A DNA stretch of 64,000 bases, taken from IMG/VR virus record IMGVR_UViG_3300033066_002331. One strand, 5' to 3'. The stretch is from an uncultured virus (IMG/VR IMGVR_UViG_3300033066_002331) (taxonomy: Duplodnaviria; Heunggongvirae; Uroviricota; Caudoviricetes). Under the pieces are notes generated by a model that did no database searches, was not told where the DNA came from, and worked only from the letters and a program-made list of their open reading frames with translations. The translations under genes and the position numbers were made by a program. Every line of letters starts with the position of its first letter. Positions within the stretch are counted from its first letter, which is position 1. Shown piece after piece: positions 40,267 through 51,488 of this stretch.

Positions 40267-43032
40267 GTTTACCATATCTCAATCCTGGCGTCTTAATTGT
40301 TTCTTCTGTTTCTTTATTTATTTTTTTTTGTTGTTCTTCTATCAGAGGCCTAAATGTCTTTTCTAATTTAGCAGCTTTTAAACATAATTCCTTCAAAAAA
40401 TCAGATGCTAAATAAACAGATATTAATGGCATATTCTTTTGTTTAATTATCCAAAAACAACTTCCAATTCCTGCATGTACATCTCCTATTGTTTTAAACT
40501 CTTCTATTGTCTTACCTTTATGCTTTCCAGTATAAAATTGTAATTTACCTTCTTTTGAAAGGGTGAAAAATTTACACGCAAAAATATTAATATCTTTATA
40601 CATCATAATATTTCAATCTTTTTAGTAAGACTATCTAGTAATTCAGTGCTTGCTCCCATTTCTTGAAACCAACCGAAAATTTCTTGGCAGACATAATTTT
40701 TCTGCTGAACTACAGCATCAGCTGCATCAACTAATTTTACATATGCCTCCTGTTCACCAAAACTTTCAAAATTTATTCCATTACCAACATGAGTGGCTTT
40801 ATTTCTCAATATAACTTTATCATTTAAATATGCTTCTGCAGAAAAAAAATCACTTAAAACTAATTCTACTTTATCTCCAACTTTTCCTAGTGCCAATTCT
40901 TCATATTTAACATCTTGTGTTTTATAAATATTTCCATTATAATCAATTATAACACCAAGTAATCTTGGCATATCTTTTACAAGATTACTTAAATTATGAT
41001 TTTTTAAAGAGATTGTAATTATTGTTTTATTATCTGTTAGTGTTTCACTCAAACCAATTAACCTAATAGCCTTATTTCTATGTCCCATGCTATATTTGTT
41101 AATTTCAGATTCTTTAATAAAAATCTTGTCGCCTTGTGCAAATTTCACAGCTATATGACCTGCTTTATTAGGCGCTTCAAAATCAATCACCTTAAAAGGA
41201 GTCAACAACCTTTTTAAACAATTGAAATTATATAATCTTTCATGAGTTAAAAAAGCTTGTATATTTCTACACATAGAAGCTTTATACTCATCAACAGAGT
41301 TTAAATTATTGTGATTCATCTTTTTCAAATTTAGCTTTTAATTCTTGAAGAGCAGATAAATCACCAAGAGATAAAGAAGCTTTTTTATTTGGATTTTTAG
41401 TTACTTGTTCTAAGGTATTAATACTCTTTTGAAACTTTTCCTCAGGAGCTCTTTTTCTCATTTCAGAAAAAACTGTTTTATTTTTTTCATCTTTTAATAA
41501 CCAAGAAATATGTTTATCATCTCTAAATAATTTATCAATTATCCAGTTATAAAAAACTTGATATGCATCTTGGCAAAGATATTTATCTGTTTTATTTCCA
41601 ATAATAGCCATTTCTCTACCTTTCTTAAACTCTTCGATATGATTTGACTTTTGATGTTTTTCAGGGTCAAGAGCAACAAGCATACTTTGTTTAAAAGCTT
41701 CCAATCCTTTGTCTGAAGTCATATGTTTATATACTTCATCAATACCAAACAATCCTATGCCAGTTATTGCACATTTCATTGGCGCAGATGGACTATCCAT
41801 TACCCTAACAGCTTTTCCTTGAGGAAAATATGCTCTTACAAGATGTGAAATAAAATTTTTCCCTGTTGGTTTACCTTCTTTGTTTTTTGAAGTGTAGATT
41901 TCTTCTATTTTTTTATAAATTTGGTCGAATTTTTCTTTGCTGATGTTTTCCATGTTTAGTTTTTTAAGGTAAAAGAGATATTAGTACAATGATTAATGAA
42001 TAAACTGTAGATAAAATAGTTGCTATAATGATATTTATCAACAACATCAATGTTATTGGTATCCATATTAAATATTTTATACGCATTAAAAACTTTACAA
42101 AATTTCCAATTATCGTATTAAATTCATTTTTAATACCTAAAATTTCTGCACCAACTTTTCCTACGGAATGAGCATCTTCTATTTCATTCCATTTAATAAA
42201 AATAATTCCAGCTTCAATAGCAGTTAATAAAATAAAAATAATAAATGTTATCATCTTAAAGAAAGTATTAATAAAACAAAAAAGACTTTTAAAAGCATTT
42301 GAAATATTGTCATTAAAAGTAATCCATATATAAATCTATATCTAAAGGCCCTAAATGTCATTTCAAATTTTGCAATATTAAATCTAAATTCAATCCACTT
42401 AATTAACATTAGAATAGATAAAACACTTAGTGGTAAATCATAGTACCAAGGCACATTAATAGGTTGTGTATCAATACTATTTAAATCAACTTGAGATGTT
42501 ACTACTATAGCCCAGATTAATTGAGCTAGAATAGAAATAACTATTGAGTTTATCAATGTAGCTTTCGGGCTTAAACCAAACATCAAGACTTGAGGCTGCG
42601 TATTATTTTTCTGTTCCATTCTTATATTTATTTAATTCTAATTCTAAAATAGCTTTTTTAGAAATCATCATTTCTAAATCATTCTTTAATTTTTCATTCT
42701 TTTTTATTAATTCTTTATTAAGTCTTTTAAGTTCTGTAACTCGTGCTTCAACTTGAACAGCTATACTACTGTCAGAAGTAAATTGTTTAATTAAATCTTC
42801 TTTTTCCTTTTTTAATTCTTCATATTTTTGTTTCAGAATTATTAGCTTTTGAGATGCTTCACTTGAAGCAGAACTTGTTAAGTGCCAAGCTCCACATTTA
42901 CAAAAATAACTTCTTGCAGGTATTATTTCTCTTGTTGAAGTTTTTATTAACCTGGCAATATATTCATTAGCCAACTTTTCGTTTGCGAATCTAGCCTTTT
43001 TAAGACATTTCAATTCACTTGTTTCACTTGAA

Positions 43033-43530
43033 CTACTCATAATCACCTCTCCTTATATTTCGTTCAATATCTTTTTGCTTAATAGACTCTCTTTTATCCC
43101 ATTCTTTTTTACCCTTAGCCAATTGAAGCAATACTTTAATTAATCCTTTTTTGTTAAAGATTTTTTCTACAATTATTGTATAACCTTTTTGTGAAATTGC
43201 AACTCCAATCTCATCTATTTCTTCTTTCTTTAATAATAATTTTCTGTCTCTAATTGGGTCATGCTGAACTGCTGCATCTTTAAATTCTGCAATATGCATA
43301 CCTTTTACAAATATTTCTCCATTGTTAATATAACAATAAGAATCAGCAATTGTTGCCTTACCATCTCTAATTGATTTTACTTCAGAGCCTAAAAGCTTAA
43401 TACCTGCAATAAATTCTTTTTCAAAAGCAAAATCATGAGAAGCTTTTCTATTTAAGATAGAAACAGGAGTTGCCTTTTTTTTAGGAATTTCTTGAGTTTG
43501 TTCGGTTGTATGTGTTTTATTTTTTGACAT
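43033..43530 (-). CDS. smpB: SsrA-binding protein SmpB
   Basis: NRKASHDF, AGIKLLGSEVKSIR, RKLLLKKEEI, AKGKKEWDKRESIK. Confidence 0.95.
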   Translation of the reverse strand: MSKNKTHTTEQTQEIPKKKATPVSILNRKASHDFAFEKEFIAGIKLLGSEVKSIRDGKATIADSYCYINNGEIFVKGMHIAEFKDAAVQHDPIRDRKLLLKKEEIDEIGVAISQKGYTIIVEKIFNKKGLIKVLLQLAKGKKEWDKRESIKQKDIERNIRRGDYE

Positions 43531-43569
43531 CAGTTCTTATACGCTTTATATTAAAAAAAGTTTCAGTTT

Positions 43570-44334
43570 TTATTGCTTTTCATCTTCTTTTTTATTCTCT
43601 TTTTCTTGATGTAGTTCTATTGGGAGTTTATAATCATCGCTTAACAGTAAATCTACTACTTGTTTTACTCCAATTGTTGATGGTTCTGCTATTGTAGTTA
43701 TAAAATCTTTACGAGCAAGAGTTCCAAATAATGCAGGATTTTTATCAATATAAAAAATTGGAGTAAATGTTTTTGAATGTCTATATAAACCTGCTGCTGG
43801 ATATACCTGCATTGAAGTACCTATAATAATCAATATATCTGCTTCTCTACAAAAATCTTCAGCATCATTTAATAAAGGTATAGATTCTCCAAACCATACA
43901 ATGTTTGGTCTCATCTGAAAGCCTTCATCGCATAAATCTCCAAGAACTATATCATTATATCCTATATCTTTTATTGTAGAATCATTTCCTGAAGATTTTG
44001 ATTCAGTAAGTTTACCATGAAAATGTAAAACATTTTCAGAGCCAGCTCTTTCATGTAAATCATCAATATTCTGTGTTATAATTTGCACATCATATTTTTC
44101 ATTTAATCTTAAAAGTTCTGTATGTCCAGAATTAGGCTCTACTGTAGCTAACTGTCTCCTTCTTTGATTATAGAATTCCAAAACTAAAGAAGGGTCTTTA
44201 AGCCATCCTTTTGGGCTTGCGACATCTTCCACTTTATGATTTTCCCATAGGCCATTAGAATCTCTAAATGTATTTATTCCACTTTCAGCACTCATTCCTG
44301 CACCTGATAAAACTACTATTTTTTTCTTTTCCAT
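43570..44334 (-). CDS. cobB: Sir2/CobB NAD-dependent deacylase
   Basis: GAGMSAESGI.TFR, TQNIDDLHERAG, RPNIVWFGE, GTSMQVYPAA. Confidence 0.92.
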   Translation of the reverse strand: MEKKKIVVLSGAGMSAESGINTFRDSNGLWENHKVEDVASPKGWLKDPSLVLEFYNQRRRQLATVEPNSGHTELLRLNEKYDVQIITQNIDDLHERAGSENVLHFHGKLTESKSSGNDSTIKDIGYNDIVLGDLCDEGFQMRPNIVWFGESIPLLNDAEDFCREADILIIIGTSMQVYPAAGLYRHSKTFTPIFYIDKNPALFGTLARKDFITTIAEPSTIGVKQVVDLLLSDDYKLPIELHQEKENKKEDEKQ

Positions 44335-44344
44335 TTTTTTAAAA

Positions 44345-44731
44345 TTATTTTTTTATTAATAAAACCCCTTCTTCCGTAAGATGAGAAAACTTAAATCCAA
44401 ACTTTCCATAAAATTTAACTAATTCTTCTAAAGACATATAATCTAAATCATCTGGATAAGCATTCACCATATAACCACTCTCTTTATATTTATTTAGCAA
44501 ACAATTCAGTATTATAGAACCCCATCCCTGCTTTCTATAATCTTTATGTACATGTAATCTATTAATGCAAATAAGTTTTTTAACAGAGCTTAAATTTTTA
44601 TACTTTTTTTTAAATCCTTTTTTTAATGAATTATTATCATAACAACTAAAAAAAATTCTAACTACTTGAGCTTGATTTTTATTTTTAAAAATTATACTCC
44701 CATTTTCTTCATGTATAGATAATATATTCAT
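44345..44731 (-). CDS. GNAT acetyltransferase
   Basis: LHVHKDYRKQGWGS, LVKFYGKFGF. Confidence 0.8.
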   Translation of the reverse strand: MNILSIHEENGSIIFKNKNQAQVVRIFFSCYDNNSLKKGFKKKYKNLSSVKKLICINRLHVHKDYRKQGWGSIILNCLLNKYKESGYMVNAYPDDLDYMSLEELVKFYGKFGFKFSHLTEEGVLLIKK

Positions 44732-44732
44732 C

Positions 44733-46499
44733 TTAATCTAGTTGCTTCAATAAATCTTCAATATGTGTAAATGCTAATCTATAAAAAGATTCGTTAAATT
44801 CAATACCAAAAATATTTTTTAATAAATTCTCTGGAGTATCAGAACCTCCTGCTGCCAAGAAAGAATGATATTTTTTTAAGAATTCTTCTTTATCATTTGA
44901 TTCCTTATACATTTGATATAAATTTAAACTAATAATATTACCAAAAGCATAAGTATAACAATAAAACGGAGTATGGAAAATATGAGGTATTGCAGACCAA
45001 CCATATTTTAAAAATTCTTCGTCAATATTTATATCTGTTCCAAATAATTTTTTAATTTCTGATACCCAAATATTATTAAAGTCTTCGTAAGTTAATGGTT
45101 TATTTTCTAAAAATGATTGATGACATTGTTTTTCAAAATTCACATACATTACTTGTCTAAATACAGTACTAAAAATATCATCTAATCTATCATAGATTAA
45201 TTTTTTCTTTAATTTTTCATCTTGAGTGTTTGCTAATATAGTTTCAAACATAAGTGTCTCATTAAAAATAGAAGCTGTTTCTGCTAAAATTAATGGAGTA
45301 GAATAAGCCATATCAGTTTGTATTTTTGATACATTGCCATGAAAAGCATGGCCTAATTCATGAGCTAATGTTGTGACATCTGAATAATTATCTGTCCAAT
45401 TAAGCAAAACGAATTCTGGAAGAGATTTTGTATACTGAGCATATGCTCCACCTGTCTTTCCATGTTTTGGATATACGGAAATTCTACCATTATCAAGCAT
45501 TTCTTGAGAAAAATCTGCTAATTTAGTATCAACTCCTTTAATTGTATCTATATAAAACTTCCACCCATTTTCAAAAGAAAATTTATTATTATTTTCAACT
45601 GTATATGGAGCATAAATATCATATGTCTCTAATTTATCAACGCCAATAATTTCTGCTTTTTTATTTAAAAATCTATGATATAAAGAATAATTTTTTTCAA
45701 CACTACTTAATAAAGTATCAACAGTTTCATCAGAAACTTCTTCCGAAATATTTCTTTGACTCATAACTGTTTTATATCCTCTTAATTCAATATCTAAAAC
45801 ATTAGCTTTACATACAAGAGCATATAAACTACCAATAACAATTTGATTTTGTCTATTAGAAAAAACTGAAGATAGAGCTTCAAATGCTTTTTTCCTTGTT
45901 TCTCTATTTGGAGATTCACGTAAAGTTCTTACTTCATCTTGTGTAATTTTTTCACCATCTACATCAAAAGTAAATGAAGCAGTTAATTCTCCATATATAT
46001 CATCTTCAGTTGCTTCTGATACTTGCATATATATTTTTTCTTCTTGTTCACTTAAAATATATTTAAGTGAATTTGCATGATTTAAAATTGGATTTTTGTA
46101 AGGCTTCATTATTTCAAGATTTGAATAATAAAGCATTTTTTCATACCCAACTGTTTTTAATTCTTCTGAAATGAAGAGTAATTTTCTATTTGCTTTTTCA
46201 AAAATTTTACCTACCCTTGTATTCTCTTTGTTTAATTCTTGATTTTGTGTATTTAAAGAAGATAAAAGAGAAAGAAAAATATAAACCTTTTCTGATTCTT
46301 TTCCTAAAACATCCATGTCATTATAAAACTCCAAAAACTTTTCATCATTTAACAAAGCTATTTTATTTTTATATTTTAAAACAAAATCTTCTGTTTTAAT
46401 AGTATAAGCCTCAATATCTTTTTTATAATCTTCACTTTGAATAGACTCATAAAAATATTTTTGCAAATCCCATTCTGTTTTAATTGTTTCCATACTCAT
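44733..46499 (-). CDS. pepF: M3B oligoendopeptidase F
   Basis: GKTGGAY, TLAHELGHAFH, AETASIFNE, IPHIFHTPFYCYTYAFG. Confidence 0.9.
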   Translation of the reverse strand: MSMETIKTEWDLQKYFYESIQSEDYKKDIEAYTIKTEDFVLKYKNKIALLNDEKFLEFYNDMDVLGKESEKVYIFLSLLSSLNTQNQELNKENTRVGKIFEKANRKLLFISEELKTVGYEKMLYYSNLEIMKPYKNPILNHANSLKYILSEQEEKIYMQVSEATEDDIYGELTASFTFDVDGEKITQDEVRTLRESPNRETRKKAFEALSSVFSNRQNQIVIGSLYALVCKANVLDIELRGYKTVMSQRNISEEVSDETVDTLLSSVEKNYSLYHRFLNKKAEIIGVDKLETYDIYAPYTVENNNKFSFENGWKFYIDTIKGVDTKLADFSQEMLDNGRISVYPKHGKTGGAYAQYTKSLPEFVLLNWTDNYSDVTTLAHELGHAFHGNVSKIQTDMAYSTPLILAETASIFNETLMFETILANTQDEKLKKKLIYDRLDDIFSTVFRQVMYVNFEKQCHQSFLENKPLTYEDFNNIWVSEIKKLFGTDINIDEEFLKYGWSAIPHIFHTPFYCYTYAFGNIISLNLYQMYKESNDKEEFLKKYHSFLAAGGSDTPENLLKNIFGIEFNESFYRLAFTHIEDLLKQLD

Positions 46500-46755
46500 T
46501 TATATATGTATTTTTTGTTTGTTGTTTTTTTTATTTTTATTTTCTCTAACATAAGATATTTTACCAGTTTCCTGATTGATATTAATCTTATAAGACTTAC
46601 TTATAGAAAGATAATCCCCATCTATAAAAGTATAGAAAAAAGTCCATTCTGTTTCTCCTGATTTAACTAATCCTCTTAAGTTTTGTACTTGTTTCTTTGC
46701 ATTTCTTTTTTTTACAAATTCAAGTATTTTTTCGCTTGTATTCATTGTTTTCATT

Positions 46756-47688
46756 TTAATATTCTTCTTCATTTATTTTTTTATCACAAATTGCATCTAC
46801 TATTTTATTCAATAACTTATAGGTTTTCCATTCTTGATGCTGTGAGCCTGCGCCTGATTGAATCATCCAACCTTTTCTCGTATCAGTTAAAAAACTATGT
46901 ATAATTGTTAATTCAGACCACATTTTAAACATAGAATCTCTATCTGCATTTTTCTCTTTAAATTTCGCTTGATATTCAGTCCAGCCAATTACTAACTTAC
47001 CGTTTTCTCCAATATCATCAAACAATCTAATTTTATATTGAATATTATATTGAAGTTTCATGAGCTCCAACTTTTCTTCGTCTGTTTTTGAATCTTGGTC
47101 TCTTTCATTTATCTCTAAAAGCTCTTTTAATCCTTCTAAAGCAATATTATATTTTCTTCTACACCATTCTTTTGCAGTAATATAATATTCATTACGTGCA
47201 GTTTCTTCTTTATTGTCATTCCAAAATTCTCCTTTATGCTGTTCACAAACAGCATTCCAGACATCTTCTCGAATCATTGCATAGCATAAATCATCAATTT
47301 CGAAATCCTCTGATTCTTTTTCAAATAAAGTTTTATTTTTTTTAGTTTTAAATCCACCCCAAGAACCACGTTCTAAGCCATGAATTATATCTTCCAAATT
47401 AAATTCTGTTAGTGGCTTTTTATCTACTAAAATTTCTTTATATCTTTTTTGTAGAGTTTTCTCTATTAAATCATAATTCCAATCCTTATCAATATTTTCA
47501 ATACTTCCATAGTCATTATATTCTCCACTAATAGGCAAAAAAGCTGAAGCCATTATTCCTGAAGGATAAACATAACAAGATTGAGATAAACCTCCTTTAA
47601 TATTTGATTTTAGGAAAACTAATTTAATTCTTTCACCTGATAAAATAGGTAAATTTGATATCATACATGTTGCGTTCCAGCTACCCAT
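46756..47688 (-). CDS. hypothetical phage protein
   Basis: 310-aa ORF, MGSWNATCMISNLPI...GEYNDYG. Confidence 0.6.
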   Translation of the reverse strand: MGSWNATCMISNLPILSGERIKLVFLKSNIKGGLSQSCYVYPSGIMASAFLPISGEYNDYGSIENIDKDWNYDLIEKTLQKRYKEILVDKKPLTEFNLEDIIHGLERGSWGGFKTKKNKTLFEKESEDFEIDDLCYAMIREDVWNAVCEQHKGEFWNDNKEETARNEYYITAKEWCRRKYNIALEGLKELLEINERDQDSKTDEEKLELMKLQYNIQYKIRLFDDIGENGKLVIGWTEYQAKFKEKNADRDSMFKMWSELTIIHSFLTDTRKGWMIQSGAGSQHQEWKTYKLLNKIVDAICDKKINEEEY

Positions 47689-47787
47689 AATTTTAATTTA
47701 TAAAGCGAAAATATAAAAAAGTTTTTGATTAAACAATTTTTTTTAGAACTAATTTTTGTTATATTTGTACTGACAAAAAAATACTTG

Positions 47788-50700
47788 ATGAATAACAACG
47801 AAAACAAACCAAAAACCAAAATTGTTGGTATATTAACACGAATTATATTTAAAAATGAAGACAATGGATATCACGTTTTAAGTGTTGATATACCTAATCT
47901 GGAAGATACAAAAATCACTCTTTTACAACCCAATCTATATGAAGGAGTTACATATGAATTTCATGGTGAATGGACTGTAAACCCTAAGTTTGGTAATCAA
48001 TTTAAAGCAGAAAGAGCTTTCGAGGTTCAACCTTCATCTAAAGAGGGTTTAAGAGCATATTTACAGTCAAGTTTTTTCCCAGGAATTGGGCCTGTGATTG
48101 CTAATAGGATTGTTCAACACTTTGGAGAAAATGTAATTGATATTATTAATAGTAATCCTGATAAATTATTGCAAGTTAATGGCGTATCTAAATCAAAATT
48201 AGTAGCTATAAAGGCAGCTTGGGAAGAAAATAAGGAAATAAATGAAATAATGATGTTCCTTCAACAATATGGCATTAGTAGCTTATATGCCACAAAAATT
48301 TATGAAAAGTATAAAAAAAATTGTATTACTCAAGTATTAAATAATCCTTATAAATTAGCAAATGATATATCAGGTATAGGATTTGTATTTGCGGATAAAA
48401 TAGCACTTCAGATTGGGTTTTCAGCTGATAGCAATGAAAGAGTAAAGGCTTGTATTTCTTATGTGCTTGAGCAAGGAATTTTGGATGGTCATTGTTTTCT
48501 TTATTATAATCAAATAAAAACTCGTTGTGCAGAATTATTGCAAGTAGATATTGCTGAAAAAATAAGTTCTTTATTACAAACTTTAGAAAATAATAAAGAA
48601 ATAAAATCTTGGAACTTACCTAAGGAAGAAAAAAGATATTATTCAAGAAAACTTTTTTACAATGAAACTTATTGTGCAGAGAAAGTTAATGCTCTTAAAG
48701 AAATAGATTATAAGCTAAAAATTGATGAGTCTTTATTACACTCAAAAAATGATTCAATTCAATTAAGCCAAGAACAATTATTAGCAGTTAAAGGAGTTTT
48801 AGGTCATGGAATTTCAATATTAACTGGAGGGCCAGGATGCGGGAAATGTTTAAAAAAAGGCACTCTTGTATTAATGTATGATGGGTCAAAAAAGAAAGTA
48901 GAAGATATTTTAGTAGGAGACTTATTAATGGGAGACGATTCTAAACCTCGCAAGGTTCTAAGTTTAGCTCGTGGAAAAGAAAAAATGTATGATGTTATAT
49001 CTAATGATGGAAAAGAATGGGGTTGTAATGAATCTCATATTCTATCATTAAAATATAACGATAAGAGTAGAAATATTATTATTAATAATTTAAAGTATAG
49101 TTATGGAGATATAATAGATATTTCTGTTAAGGATTACTTGTCTTTAAGTAAGCGAAAAAAACATCATTTAAAGCAATATTCTACTTCTATTGATTATATT
49201 TCTAAAGATTTATCAATCCCTCCTTATTTATTAGGTTTATGGCTTGGAGATGGAGCTTCTGATAATTCAAGAATTACTAATACAGATAAAGAAATTTTTG
49301 AATATGGAGAAAGTATCGCTGAAAGTCTAGGTTTAAAATATAATAAAAATCTACCAAAAAATAGATGCGAAAATTTCAATTTATCTGGCAAACGAGGACA
49401 TGCATTCTCTACCCTATTAAGAGAACATAATTTAATAAAAAATAAACATATACCAAATATATATAAAATAAATTCTATTGAAAATAGACTTGAATTATTA
49501 GCAGGGCTATTAGATTCTGATGGACATTATAGAAGTGGCAATTTTGAAATTACATTGGTAAATGAAAGCTTATCACATGAAATTTATGATTTAGCATTAA
49601 GTCTTGGCTTTAGAGTTAGCATTAATAATAAAAAAGCGACTCTAAATAGAAAAGATGGTTCTAAATATACCACTAAGGCATATAGAGTAATTATTGGAGG
49701 TTTTTTAAACATAATACCTACAAAAGTTTTAAGAAAAAAAGCAAATAATACTCCTAACAAAAATCCAATGCATAGTGGTTTTAAGCTAATAGACAAAGGG
49801 TTTGGAGATTACTATGGGTTTGAGATTGATGGAAATCATAGATTTGTTTTAGGCAACTATGTTGTTACACACAATACTACTACAACTAAAAAAATAGTTA
49901 ATATGTTACTTGACATTGGAAAAAAAATAGTTCTAGCTGCTCCAACAGGAAGAGCGTCACAAAGAATGACAGAAGTCATAGGAGTTGAAGCATCTACAAT
50001 ACATCGTCTTTTATCCTGGGACCCTGTAAATGGAGGCTTTTTAAAAAATGAAATGAATACAATCGAAGCTGATTTTATTATCATTGATGAATCTTCAATG
50101 ATTGATATAAATCTTGCATATGCTTTATTGGCAGCAACAGCATATAATACACAAATTTTATTTATTGGAGATGCAGACCAACTTGAACCTGTTGGACCTG
50201 GTTCTTTTTTTAAAGACCTTATATCAAGTGGTGTAATTCCTGTTTATAGATTGAATGTTATTTTCAGACAAGGTAAAGAATCAATGATTATAAAATATGC
50301 CCATGAAATAAATAAAGGAATAGTTCCAAATATTGATTCTCCATTGATTAATCCTACTATTTGGTCAGATGGTACAGACTGCTCTTTTATTGATTCTGGA
50401 TTTCCTGAAGGAAATAAAGATAGGAGAGACTATCCTTCTTGGTCATCTCTTAGATATGGATTTGAAGTTACACAAATGATTGTAAAATTATATACTGAAA
50501 TAATGCCAAAATATATAGGTAATGAAAAAGAAATACAAATTTTAATTCCTATGAATGTTGGAGACATGGGTTCTATTAGAATAAATTCTATTATTCAAAA
50601 TTCTGTTAATCCTCAACAAACTGGTAAATCTGAAATAAAACTTAAAGAAAAATTATTTAGAACAAACGATAAAGTAATTCAAATAAAAAATAATTATGAT

Positions 50701-51084
50701 TTAGGAGTATTTAATGGTGATATTGGCAAAATAATAGATATTGATGAACCTAATATGAAGTTGATAGTTAGATTTTCTGAGAATAGAGAAGTCGTATATA
50801 CTAAAACAGATATTTTTGAATTAGACCTTGCATATGCCATATCTATTCATAAAAGTCAAGGTTCTGAATTTGATTGTGTTATTCTACCAATAATGATGCA
50901 ACATTATAGAATGCTTGAAAGAAGTATAATCTATACAGGCTTAACTCGTGCTAAAAAATATGCTGTTTTTATAGGACAAAGACAATCACTAGAAATAGCA
51001 GTAGAAACAAAAGAAACTAAAATCAGACAAACATCATTAAAATATATGCTACATGATGCTGAATTTGCAAACCCAATGATATAA
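47788..51084 (+). CDS. recD2: RecD2/TraA-like SF1B helicase containing an intein
   Basis: GIGPV HhH, NPYKL, TGGPGCGK|intein|TTT, APTGRA, IIDESSM, AYAISIHKSQGSEF; start probably ATG 47788. Confidence 0.92.
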   Translation: MNNNENKPKTKIVGILTRIIFKNEDNGYHVLSVDIPNLEDTKITLLQPNLYEGVTYEFHGEWTVNPKFGNQFKAERAFEVQPSSKEGLRAYLQSSFFPGIGPVIANRIVQHFGENVIDIINSNPDKLLQVNGVSKSKLVAIKAAWEENKEINEIMMFLQQYGISSLYATKIYEKYKKNCITQVLNNPYKLANDISGIGFVFADKIALQIGFSADSNERVKACISYVLEQGILDGHCFLYYNQIKTRCAELLQVDIAEKISSLLQTLENNKEIKSWNLPKEEKRYYSRKLFYNETYCAEKVNALKEIDYKLKIDESLLHSKNDSIQLSQEQLLAVKGVLGHGISILTGGPGCGKCLKKGTLVLMYDGSKKKVEDILVGDLLMGDDSKPRKVLSLARGKEKMYDVISNDGKEWGCNESHILSLKYNDKSRNIIINNLKYSYGDIIDISVKDYLSLSKRKKHHLKQYSTSIDYISKDLSIPPYLLGLWLGDGASDNSRITNTDKEIFEYGESIAESLGLKYNKNLPKNRCENFNLSGKRGHAFSTLLREHNLIKNKHIPNIYKINSIENRLELLAGLLDSDGHYRSGNFEITLVNESLSHEIYDLALSLGFRVSINNKKATLNRKDGSKYTTKAYRVIIGGFLNIIPTKVLRKKANNTPNKNPMHSGFKLIDKGFGDYYGFEIDGNHRFVLGNYVVTHNTTTTKKIVNMLLDIGKKIVLAAPTGRASQRMTEVIGVEASTIHRLLSWDPVNGGFLKNEMNTIEADFIIIDESSMIDINLAYALLAATAYNTQILFIGDADQLEPVGPGSFFKDLISSGVIPVYRLNVIFRQGKESMIIKYAHEINKGIVPNIDSPLINPTIWSDGTDCSFIDSGFPEGNKDRRDYPSWSSLRYGFEVTQMIVKLYTEIMPKYIGNEKEIQILIPMNVGDMGSIRINSIIQNSVNPQQTGKSEIKLKEKLFRTNDKVIQIKNNYDLGVFNGDIGKIIDIDEPNMKLIVRFSENREVVYTKTDIFELDLAYAISIHKSQGSEFDCVILPIMMQHYRMLERSIIYTGLTRAKKYAVFIGQRQSLEIAVETKETKIRQTSLKYMLHDAEFANPMI
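48847..49875 (+). mobile_element. intein with LAGLIDADG endonuclease (343 aa)
   Basis: Starts CLKKGT, ends VVTHN before Thr; LLGLWLGDG and LAGLLDSDG. Confidence 0.92.
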
Positions 51085-51119
51085 AAAAAGGCAGTTAATT
51101 TTTTAACTGCCTTTTTTTT
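51083..51119. terminator. bidirectional terminator
   Basis: AAAAAAAGGCAGTTAA/TTAACTGCCTTTTTTT between convergent genes. Confidence 0.75.
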
Positions 51120-51488
51120 GTTTATTTAAATATTCTTCTTTAGTTTGTAAATGACCTTCATAATCTTCGTCTGATATTTCTTCTACATCTGAAAAGTCTA
51201 TTTCGAGTTTTCTTTTTACATCAGACTCGACCATTCGCTTTGCAAAAAAAGCAGCTTGTGCTGGCACCATCATTTCATAAGTTAAATCACTTTCTTGAGG
51301 ATTGTAATCATCTAAAATTTTAATTTTAAACTTCACCAAATACATTCTCTGGTGAGGAGTTTTAGATTCTTTTACTTTCTTTTTTTTATATCTCTTTAAC
51401 TTAATTTTATGTAAATATCTTTTAAGCTTTGTGATAAACCAAGGAGTAAGCGTCCAAACTTTATTAGAAGGATGAAAGGGAATTTTGC

